A DNA stretch of 64,000 bases from Trichoplax sp. H2 (taxonomy: Eukaryota). The position numbers were made by a program, and so were the translations under genes. This document shows, one piece after another, positions 53,968-64,000 of this stretch. The notes beneath the pieces were generated by a model. That model searched no databases. It was not told the DNA's origin and was given only the letters and a program-made list of their open reading frames with translations. Position 1 is the first letter of the stretch. Each line of letters opens with the position of its first letter. The stretch lies in NCBI GenBank assembly GCA_003344405.1, contig NOWV01000014.1, forward strand, positions 186,001-250,000, given 5' to 3'.

Positions 53968-54670
53968 AAGAAAGACGTCATCAATTCTCTTATTAATTAA
54001 AAGGCTACAAATTTCATGCGATGTATTGTATAAGTTATAAATACGTTTTCTATTCCCTGTATCACTGGACTAAGTTAATGACTGGCATATAAAATAGCTT
54101 CGTTATTAGAGAAATACGTCATAAAATCTTCCGTTCAATAATCTCATTTTCCTTTCCTATCGTATAATTATTACAGAAAGACGTCATAAAACCTCTGTTA
54201 AAAAAAGGACTGCAACTTTCACGTGATGCTTCGTAAAGTAAAAGCAAAGTTTGCCCTTTTTCTTTTCGATGCCTCTACGTTGTTTTATGACTGGCGGATA
54301 AATGATATCGTAAGAAAGACGTCATTACACCTTCGTTAGGACTCTGAATTTCTTGTAACACTATACATATACAAACAACGATGATCATTTTTTCCAACAT
54401 AACTGGTCTGCCAGAGCGATTGATATATACGTGATATCATAAAATAAAAGACGCCATTAAACCTCTGTTTAAAGGCTTCAAATTCTATATAATGCTTGGT
54501 ACAAGTGACGATTACGTTTTTCTTTTCCTGTCTTATTAGCGATATCCAGTACAGTACGTAGTCCGCTTGAGTAATTGAAATTCACTGGGTATCATAAAAT
54601 AAAGAAAAACGTCACAAAAACTGCTATTGAAGGGCTACAAATTTCATTTGATACATTGTATAAGTAATAA
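53968..54670. repeat. Diverged tandem array, ~6 copies (~65-155 bp spacing) anchored by AAAGACGTCAT
   Basis: Anchor variants at ~53969, 54111, 54176, 54312, 54446 and 54602. Several are followed by aaggctacaaatttcat...gtataagt-like sequence. Confidence 0.7.
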
Positions 54671-55099
54671 TTGCATCTATCTTTTAGATTCAATTGAGAG
54701 GATGGGAATTTTTAATTTAATATGGAAATTTGAAACTTTATTATTAATTATAAATAATGTAATGAACGTGTTCCGCACTGCTTTCAGCAAGAGCAGCGGG
54801 TGGGTCGAGCGAAGTTTATCGTTTCTTTTTTATGCTCACCATGTCCAGGACTAATGATTATTAAATAAAAAGAAGGGAATACGAGTTAAACGCTATGTTG
54901 TATAGTTGTGTAAGATATCCATTTCTCACTTTAAACCTTATGTTAAAATTTTTAAATCCGAAAAAGGGAGAGATCGGAGTTGATGATCGAGCGGATTATC
55001 TCTCATGGTTCTCCGTAAAAAGAGGATCATCGTTCGGCTCTGATATATACGCAATCAGTTTATAAAAATTGATTTTTTCATATATTCACCGGAACTTTA

Positions 55100-55770
55100 C
55101 TACTCGTTATACTTGACGATAGATGTCGCTCAGCATGTCTACAAAAATAATATACAACAATAATAAAGTAAAAAACTATGATGCGAAACCACGGATAATC
55201 ATCTTCGTGTTCGATACTTTGCCGAAACTGTCCTGTAGTTACGCTTGGCGATACACATCACTCAGCATGTGTCATTATAATATTGTACAGTATATAATCA
55301 ATCCAAGCACTAGAATGCAAAGTCCATCGTCTTAATAATATTCGATACATGAACGAAATTGTCCTGCCGCTGCTTTACCTAACGTACTGTACAATGTGCA
55401 ATTGTGTACATGCATCCATTGCATCGCTCAGCATTAACATGACATGTATAATATGATTAATTCAAGAATTATAATGCAGAGCACGGGCCTAGTTAATATA
55501 ACACCGATGGACTCTGATAGCTAGTGTAAATGTCTTAAAGGATGATATACCACTCTGACTGTCAAAGCGGTATATGATCCTATCTTTGAAGACATTTACG
55601 CCAACTATCACTGCTGAGAGGAAACGGCAAATAAGCAGACAATCATCTGAATGTTGATTTTTTAGAACCTTGGTTGATACCAAGCGGTCATACACTCCGC
55701 TTAACATGTCCGCGAAAATAAGTTACAGCCATAATTATTAAGGAACTAGAACGCAAAGCACAGACAAGCA
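55100..55770. repeat. Diverged repeat cluster
   Basis: ctcagcat at ~55129, 55261 and 55427; gaaa(c/t)tgtcctg at ~55224 and 55356; ctagaa(t/c)gcaaag at ~55310 and 55746. Confidence 0.5.
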
Positions 55771-56916
55771 TGTTAATGCAGATCTTTCGTACACTTTGCT
55801 GAAATATCCTAGCTACCGTGCTCTATCACAGCCTACTCCTGGTGATCCACATGGATTGAAAAGCACCAGCAATCATCCTCATGTCGTTACTTGGCCATGG
55901 ACTACTATGACTTGACAGATACGGTACAGACTGTGTAATCTATGACACTATTGAGTTTCTCAATTCTTCCTACAGTCACCAAAATAATTATTATTTATTT
56001 ACGATGTGCAAGTTGCCTACAACATGACTTCAAGCTTGTGGAATTGGAGGGTTTAGTGTCCATTTTTGAAAAGCTATCTCAAAATTGGTCAAGGATCCCT
56101 TTCCATTTTCCCGATGTCCGTCCATCTTGCATCCGTTGCCTTGAGCCTTGTACAGTTACTGTACTGATGTATCACCATAATATCACTGGATTTGACTGTA
56201 TTCTAGGGGTGGAAAAAGAGTCTGGCCAGAGTGCCCAGATGTCGCTGCCACTCTCTTAGTATGCTAATAATGATTGGTAAGAAAGGAAATACTGGAGTAT
56301 TGGCTCAACTCAAGTCTATAGCCAGCGATGTGATGTATGCGTATTTTGAGCATCAAAACCATAATCGCCTCCAAGTGATCGCAGTGAGGTTGAAGACGAA
56401 TGGAATCTTAGCATTTGCAGGTATGCGGAGTGATATATTTATAAACATTGTGCCCTATTACCAGCTACTGTACCAGTAAGGACATATAGATTAATTATTG
56501 AGAATTAAATTGTAAATCTCCGATGGATGCAGTTGATAAAGTCCATTGTATAGTAGTAACGCGATGACATGGATGAGCCATCGAGGTATAATGAATGATT
56601 ACATTATTGTACGATATGGAAAGTGTGCTGTAGAGATTGCTTAGTAATGGATTACCCAACTATAATCCTACTGAATGATGAGTCTATGCTCCTACTAAAT
56701 TATGAGTTTATGCTGGTACAAATGATCAAATTCTACTAAAATTACAAATAAATTTATTTGCTCGCATTGCCCCTATCTAGTAGAGTGGGCATTATGGATA
56801 CAGCGTAGGTAGGTGATAAAATAGGCTTTTAAAGTGATCGATGATTTTGTAGCGAGAATTTTACTTTGGGTCCATAAGAATAAAAGAATATACCAGAAAA
56901 TGGAGTATAGACTTAC

Positions 56917-57726
56917 GTATGTCGTATACTATGCACGTTCATTGAAAATCGAACAACGGCTACACTCTCAATATTGTGTCCATACTTTATAGCGATTGCA
57001 TGCCTGCTGTTTGATGAAACAAACAATTTAGCATTGTTGGCTGTAAGAAAGTATAGGCTGAAACTGATTAATATTAATACATGAATACATTGCATGAATA
57101 TTCTTGAAGAGCTATCAATCATTATGTCCACTATTGGTATCTGCTTTTAGGTTTTGAGCTATCAACAGATAGTTCATGACGAACTTACCACCGAGAGTTA
57201 CTAGTAGCACAAACCCTAAATGCATATGTAGAACATTATTCCTGTACGACGTACAGGAAAGTAAAGAGTGAGGAGTGTTTATCAAAGGTCGTCTGGAAAT
57301 GTCAACATTCAATACTAGAGTCATATCAAATCTTTATCTCAGACACCTGCTAATGAAAGAGATAACTTTCTAATATTGTAGTCCTTTCTCAAATCAGATG
57401 TAAATCAATAGATAAATTCACGATGCAATACTGAAAATTAGTTTGCTTTGGATACAGTGTGTAGTGCGCACCATAATTATAGAGTATACAGTGGCGTCAA
57501 TTGCATAGGCTATGATATCATGTTTCATGACCTAATTTATTATTTCAATAATATCATTATAGGCCCTGGTCATACGTTTATTGCATTCACTGTAATTTCC
57601 CATATTGATCTATACGAATTACGAAAGAAGTTGCAAAATTTTAATATTGGCCCTCTAGAGTGCCTATTTGTTGCATTTAGTAATTGAAAAGTTAATCATG
57701 CATCCACCGTTAGCTGCTCACTTACA
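56917..57726 (-). CDS. Cryptic spliced gene fragment (exons 57189-57241 and 56917-57040, upstream donor at 57725), unknown product
   Basis: Three perfect GTAAGT donors (57725, 57188, 56916) and two pyrimidine-rich ACAG acceptors give a phase-consistent frame: M(AT|G)NNVLHMHLGFVLLVTLG|ANNAKLFVSSNSRHAIAIKYGHNIESVAVVRFSMNVHSIRHT. Confidence 0.4.
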
Positions 57727-59946
57727 TGAAAAGAAATGTCAACTTATTATCCAGCAATTAAGTGATTGCCATGTAGAGGTAATCCGAACCTTATTGTAAA
57801 TGATGTAGATTGTTTGCTTTACTTGCTGTTTTTAGGAAATGAGCTCATAGGTACTATTTAAAAGGTGTAAATAAACAACCTGCGTACTTTTATTCAATTT
57901 TATCCTTATCATAGCATCCAGTAGCAAAATTCCTTGGTAAATGCAACGATATAAAACTAGCATTGAATGCGTGTCTACAAGAAGAGGTAATGTACTGCAT
58001 ACGTTTCTTCTGCTATAGTACATCGCATATCCCTGTTGTATCATAAAATGAATCAGCTTTAATTGCACGAGTGTGCTCTACAGTTCAGCATAATTTTCAA
58101 TATTTCAAATCATATCGTTTGTTCTGATGCACAGCTGTGTATCTAGCTATACAAGATTTAAATTAACTGATGATTGATTCAATTTATTCCTTGTGATAGT
58201 ACGAGAGTAGACGTCGACTCAATCATGAAGAAGCTAAAAAGAGAAGAGAGAAATGGCTAAACTCAAGTGACTCTCTATAGGGTTAAAAACATAATATTGT
58301 ATAATAAATAGATATAATTACAATTATTGGACAATTGAAATCTAAGTTGATTGAATTTATGAAATCTTTTGTGCCTATGAAATCAATTACTGTACATCTG
58401 AGTACGTGGATAACTGTAGAAGATGTTAATACCGAATAATAAAACGAATTATAAGTTCGTATATCATTTTAAGTTACAGCAACATGATTACGTTGATTTT
58501 TATGCGTGTAAAGATGAGATATGGCAATAACACCTAGCAGAATTAGCTACCATAGTCTTGTATGAATTACAACTAAAATCCATGTACTGTGTGTGGATGT
58601 ACCCAGACGATAGCCAGCAAGCAAGTATGCAAGCATGCTGAATCCATATACAGTATACAGTAAAAGATATCACCATTTATAATTTGGAGTATTTCAGCTT
58701 TAGAAAAAGTCGGTCGATTCAGAATCGACTGTCTGCGTCCATACCGGAGTGTTTGGCACAATTTGTTGACAAAATGATGCCAAATGTCTGTCCGTCCAAA
58801 TGGTATTTCTAAACGAGTCTATACAGTACCCTATAAGGTGTAAAACGGATGTCGTCTAAAATGTCTACGCCACAGTGTAAACGACATCTAACCTATGACA
58901 TCTGTTTTCACCATCAGTAAAAGGACTCTGTTACACATGCAGGGACGACTGTCTACTATACTGTACTGTATATTTATTTACAGTTGGAATAAATGACGCT
59001 ACATTCAGTTTTATTTTAACTAATGGCACCATAATGTACTGATCAGCTTCGAATTAATTAATAGTTTAGTTTGTTCATCGGCAATGCATGTGTTATACTG
59101 TACTACTACTTTATTTTAATTTGAGAGTGCGGTACAAATTCAGTAGTAAACAATCGACATTAGTATAGTGTACATATAGTACTGTACAGTACTATAGCGT
59201 ACCGTATTGACTATACTACCAGTATGGAACGATACTGCAATACGCTACTCCGAACTGCGCATGAGACGCTTCAAAATTTTAGGCGGGAGAACGATGAGTT
59301 TATTGTTGATAGCTCTAAGTTGATATAACTAAAACTGCTCCATATTATCACCCAATACAAGAGAATTTTACTTCAGAAGGACAATCTGCAGAAACAGATA
59401 TACCGAACTGATCCATTTTCTATCCTTACACAAATTTATTTTACATTACTCTACTAGCGTTACTAATTTTCAATAATTTCAATATTATATCGTGCATATG
59501 CGAGTACATCAAGTTTTCTTCAAGTGACGCTAAATACTGTTGAAAGAGCACAGAAAATGGGTTAAAAGTTTAGACTATTCAACAGTTTAGCTAATTCGAA
59601 TACAATGCAGAGTCTACATTTATATTCTACAGGTTTCACAAAGTTTTATATCGCACGCATACTATTTGCAAACAAAATATGCCGTCTAATCCGTATACAG
59701 TACGTCGCTCAAAATGCTCAGAAACCAGATTATACTATAGTAAATGGAGTCATTCGCACTGATTGATTCTAGATGTTAATACGGATAGCGATATCGGTAT
59801 TCAATGTTTTACAAACTATTCGAACAGTAGGCAATAGTTCTACTGATCCGGAAAAAAATAGAAAGTTAAAAAACTGCATACTATATAAGGTAATTTTGCA
59901 ACGGCATGCCCAATTTATCGAATAAATTGACTTTCGATAAAAATGT

Positions 59947-59962
59947 GGCTTTGAAAAAAGCC
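59947..59962 (-). promoter_or_regulatory. Histone mRNA 3' stem-loop (SLBP-binding)
   Basis: Minus strand reads CAAC GGCTTT TTTC AAAGCC ACA, a 6-bp stem with a 4-nt loop, ~60 nt after the H1 stop. A purine-rich CGAAAG follows ~10 nt downstream. Confidence 0.92.
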
Positions 59963-60023
59963 GTTGTGGAAAAAGAATTTAGATAATGTTAAGAAGTGAT
60001 GGAAGTAAATAGGTGTTGATAAT

Positions 60024-60596
60024 TTATTTCTTGGCGGTCTTTTTAGGCTTGACAACCTTCTTGGCGGGTTTAGCCTTTGACTTCTTAGCCTTGTCCTTCT
60101 TGGTGGTAGTCTTTTTAGGAGTGGATTTCTTGGTTGTAGGCTTCTTAGCAGCTTTCTTGGCTGGCTTCTTGTCTTTCTTAGCAGCTGGTTTCTTTGCCGC
60201 TTTCTTAGGTGAAGCAGCTTTCTTGGTTTTAGGCTTGGTCTTTTTGGCGGGTTTCTTGGCTGCAGGCTTCTTCTTAACGACCTTCTTCTTTTTGGGTTTT
60301 TCAACCTTCTTGACTAATTTGAAGGATCCACTAGCACCTAATCCCTTGGTGTGGATTAAAGTACCACTGGTAACACCTCGCTTTAAAGCAAGCTTGATGT
60401 GAGTTGAAGCACTTGTTTCAGAGATTTTATAATTGGCAGTGATCCATTTAGAGATGGCTTGACGAGAAGAGCCACTACGTTCATTAAGAGCGCGGATGGC
60501 TGCTGAAATCATCTCAATATACTTGGGATGGGCTGGTGCAACCTTAGGCTTGCTTACCTTCTTGGCTGGGGCAGCTGCGGCTTGGTCGGAACTCAT
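60024..60596 (-). CDS. Linker histone H1 (H1.0/H5-like globular domain), intronless, 190 aa
   Basis: HPKYIEMISAAIRALNERSGSSRQAISKWITANYK...IKLALKRGVTSGTLIHTKGLGASGSFKL, followed by a Lys/Ala/Pro-rich tail with SPKK and TPKK motifs. Confidence 0.98.
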   Translation of the reverse strand: MSSDQAAAAPAKKVSKPKVAPAHPKYIEMISAAIRALNERSGSSRQAISKWITANYKISETSASTHIKLALKRGVTSGTLIHTKGLGASGSFKLVKKVEKPKKKKVVKKKPAAKKPAKKTKPKTKKAASPKKAAKKPAAKKDKKPAKKAAKKPTTKKSTPKKTTTKKDKAKKSKAKPAKKVVKPKKTAKK

Positions 60597-60674
60597 AGTG
60601 AAATAACTTTCTTGTTACTGAGAGTGCGCTTGACGACAAATAAGTAACTAAGTGATCGGGTTGGTGTGCACGCC

Positions 60675-60705
60675 TTTATATAGCCAACATGCGGACCTAA
60701 TCGGA
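60675..60705 (-). promoter_or_regulatory. H1 core promoter: TATA box and H4-box-like element
   Basis: Minus strand reads ctccgattaGGTCCGcatgttggcTATATAAAgg. TATATAAA is at 60675-60682 and GGTCCG at 60692-60697, ~80-100 nt upstream of the ATG. Confidence 0.65.
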
Positions 60706-63700
60706 GGCAGTGTTGTTGAGGGTGTGGATCATTCATCCTTAGAGCATCATGGCGTCAGGTTTGTGCTTCTTCTTCGTGCGGCGATCATGATTTTAATCGT
60801 TTTAATTTGATAGAATGATGCTAGTTTTAGGTTAAAATATGCAATGGATGCTATTGTTTTGCATTGTAGGTTATTTTATAATTTACTGATTAGAATTGGC
60901 AATTTATTCATTAATTTAACTTTACATCGTCGGTCTCCATCATGGAAATTTTTGTTATAAATGTCGATTATTTCCTAAAATGACTCTACCTTGGCCAAAG
61001 TGGCATAGGAACAAGTTAGCACACCTCTTATATCGATATTGGCAAGGATAACTTGAGGTCAATTCAACTGGATGCTAAATTAAAATTGATAATTCTGATA
61101 CCAACAAACACATGTCCGGTTACCAATGGCTACCTTCCCACTGGTAACGACGTCCTCCTTCGCTCGATTTCATTTTCATCATGGACGCTTTCTCCTGTCC
61201 AATGGATAGCTCTATGGGCTATCTAAGGTTAGCAATAATCATTTTATCCATGTACAACGTATCCTAATGAAAGAAATGGCAAAATAGACAAATTAAAGAG
61301 TCTATTTCCATTCAGTCTAATTCATCACATAACATGGCAATTCTAGCGAGGATGGATGGACGGTAGGTTTGCCTTCAGGTTAGAACACAATTTAAAATGG
61401 CAATTAATCTTGTCCAATTTTACTTTTTATGACTTATTATGCTTTCAAATGCAACTTTGCATGATTGGTTATCCTATCAATCCATTAAAATGTTGTAATG
61501 AGTGAAATTTAGCAATCGATTTCATCAAAACATTTGTATGGTACAAGCTTGGAAAATCGACGCATCTATTGTCACAATCGTCCAAGGTGCAAATCCTGAC
61601 CAATTGAACCTTCGCTCAAAATGCTATCCTCTATAGTATTTTCATGCCATAAAGGCTACAAAATTGCGATATTCAATCATATTATGCTCGATAATGATGT
61701 AGTTTCATTATTTCATCTCATTCTAGCTAAAGAAGGAGTTGGAAATAGCTTAAATATGATTTTAATCGAATTTACCATGTCGAATCCAACTGCTGTTACG
61801 TCACGGATGCATTGATGCATCAAGCCTTGACAATAATAATGGATGATCAACAAGGCGAAATGAGAGTCTCTTAATTCCCGTTATGATTTATTTTGCCCTT
61901 AAATAGGATTTTATCTTTCTCCCTTTTATCCTGCTATAGTAGAATTCTTATAGGATTATTTTGGGGGGAGGTTTATCGTCATTTTCAGCTACATTTCCAA
62001 CAAATTGGCTAATTTCAATTTTTTCAAACTGCCCCAAAATTCATTGTTGTATTGTAACGCTATTTTTTCTCTGGTGGAAAAACGCAAGGCCCAAAGTTGA
62101 CATACAACAGTCATCAATAGCATTGCTAAAATTACCTTATGCAGTAGTTCTCCATCTAAGAGTGGATCAACTGATAGTTAGTTGGCCCCTTGAAGTATTT
62201 TTATCATGTCTATTAGTAAGAAATGGGGTCATATTTTAAAGTAAACGCTCCATCGGTTAAGCCATGGGCGGATAACGTGAAAAAAAACTCGGTGACAAAA
62301 CGACGCGTAACCAATCGCTTGGTGAGGAACAAAAGGGGGCAACCAAAAATGCTAGAAAGTAGAGAAAACTTTTTTAAAGTTAATCTACTTGATTGACCGA
62401 GTTGATAGGAAATTAATACTATCAATCATGATGATTTTTATCCAATTTCTGCTTTTTGGATGCTTTGATCAACCATTTTCTTCCATCATTGAATTGATAC
62501 AGTGACCCTATGTGTTTTTTCGCCAGCGAAAAAAAAAGAAAAGTCTTTTTGTCTTGGGGCAATCGGATTTTTTCACGGGCATCGACGTTCGATTTCATTT
62601 TGAATTAGAACTATTTCTTGCAATGGTTCAAGGGTAAAGAATTTATAATTTTAACAAGGATAAGAGAGTTGCTATGATCGAGTGATTATTTCAATCCATT
62701 CTTATTGAATAACTTGAAAAATAGCTGTAAGAATTTCCATACCTTCCGCAACGATTTTTTTGGGGTGGGGAAAAAGTGGGTGAGAATAAATTCACTTCGC
62801 GGTCAAATTTTGGAGGGAGATCGATATTTTTAGTGGAAATTTTGACTTCCTCTTGTTTAAATTATTATTTTCTTACGCAGTGGATGTACTATCATCTTGT
62901 CTATGCTCGAATTGTGTCAAAACTTTCCCTATCTATTTTTCGCCATACAACAACAATTTCGCTTTTAATAAAAAACACTTTTACGCTCGACTCCATTGTT
63001 ACACACGTACTTTTATGTGCAACTATCGTCTTCTCTACGCTTGATGATATTGTCCAATAAATACTTCCTTGCTGAATATTGCTTGATAGATCAATAACTT
63101 AACTAAAATAGATTGCATTAGCTTACAAATGTGAACAAATTGGGAATAGCTTCACGAATACTAGACACTTTTTGTTGATAGCTAAACTTCGACACCACGA
63201 CATTACCATAAGGAGTGACTACTACTACCGTTCTACTTGATATCATTTTAATTAAATTTTAAAATTATCATGTCTAAACATTGTATTTTACAATAATAAA
63301 AATTGAAATAAAAAACTATTAAAATATTCTTTCCTAATCGTCTCGCAATTACTGTTGATGAGTATGCATGATATCGTTTCATAGACATAAATTACGACAA
63401 GATTGGAGCTGTACTGTAGTAGATCATCATTCCCGTCTGCGATAACTTTTGAGTTTGCTGTGACTAATTTTAGCAATCGCATATTGTAATCTTGCCAAGT
63501 AGTTGATCTAGTCAAAGAATTGCGTTCCTGTAGGATAGGATTGCAATCTTTTACTACATGCATGCAAAATTACCTTGCTAACTGCAATCGAGTTATACGC
63601 CTTAATGAATTATAGACGTAAAAGTAGATGACTAACGGTAGGTAGAAAAATATGTTGGTTTGCATTTAATGCTCAACTGTTTCCTTACTGTCACAAAGCC

Positions 63701-64000
63701 GAGAAATGCTTTGAATACCTTATAATTTTCTCGACTTAGTAGCTCATAATTAACACATTTCAAATGGAAGCAGTAAAAGTAGTTGCAGGAAATAAGATGA
63801 TAAACGTTTTCTTTATTCAATTGCTTACATAGCCATAACGAAATATCCCAAAACATCCTTCTTCGCCTACCATATATACACTAAAATTTTCTAAAACCAT
63901 TGATCGATTCATCAAGGCCGTAACTGAAAACTATACCCAATACACAAACAAAAAATCTCCGGTATCATTCCAATTCGATAGTGAAGACTGAGAGGGAAAA

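Noticed and set aside
55942..56479. Two adjacent + strand ORFs (105 and 82 aa)
   Set aside because: No recognisable domain or supporting splice structure.
59915..60402. 129-aa ORFs overlapping histone H1 (alternative frame and antisense)
   Set aside because: Shadows of the repetitive Lys/Ala codons of the H1 tail.
1..60596. Functional chromatin/DNA-repair cluster (PRKDC, ACTR8, H1)
   Set aside because: The genes are separated by unrelated ones and share no evident regulatory link; chance neighbourhood is sufficient.
63288..63856. Minus-strand ORFs near the right edge
   Set aside because: No recognisable motif. They could belong to a gene extending beyond the window but cannot be supported here.

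Overview
Compact, AT-rich, intron-dense animal genomic DNA with short GT-AG introns, mostly ~70-150 nt. The style suggests an early-branching metazoan such as a placozoan, but that is inference. Left to right: (1) the 5' ~3/4 of DNA-PKcs/PRKDC (- strand, ATG at 20041, running off the left edge within the FAT region); (2) ~9 kb without a recognisable intact gene, holding a dimeric palindrome-core tandem repeat, small duplications and decayed coding-like sequence; (3) a two-exon gene for an unknown helical domain + coiled coil + C-terminal death domain (+); (4) PTCD1-like PPR gene (-) head-to-head with ACTR8/Arp8 (+); (5) ADSL (-), convergent with ACTR8 and head-to-head with a multi-exon gene ending in three tandem single-zinc 'half-LIM' fingers (+); (6) a single-exon 2-TM protein (-); (7) diverged ~140-bp repeats and a cryptic spliced gene (-); (8) a solitary H1.0/H5-like histone H1 (-) with a histone 3' stem-loop, TATA box and H4-box-like element. 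No tRNA, rRNA, CRISPR array or autonomous transposon was recognised. Gene models were spliced by eye and homology calls come from recalled sequences, not searches.
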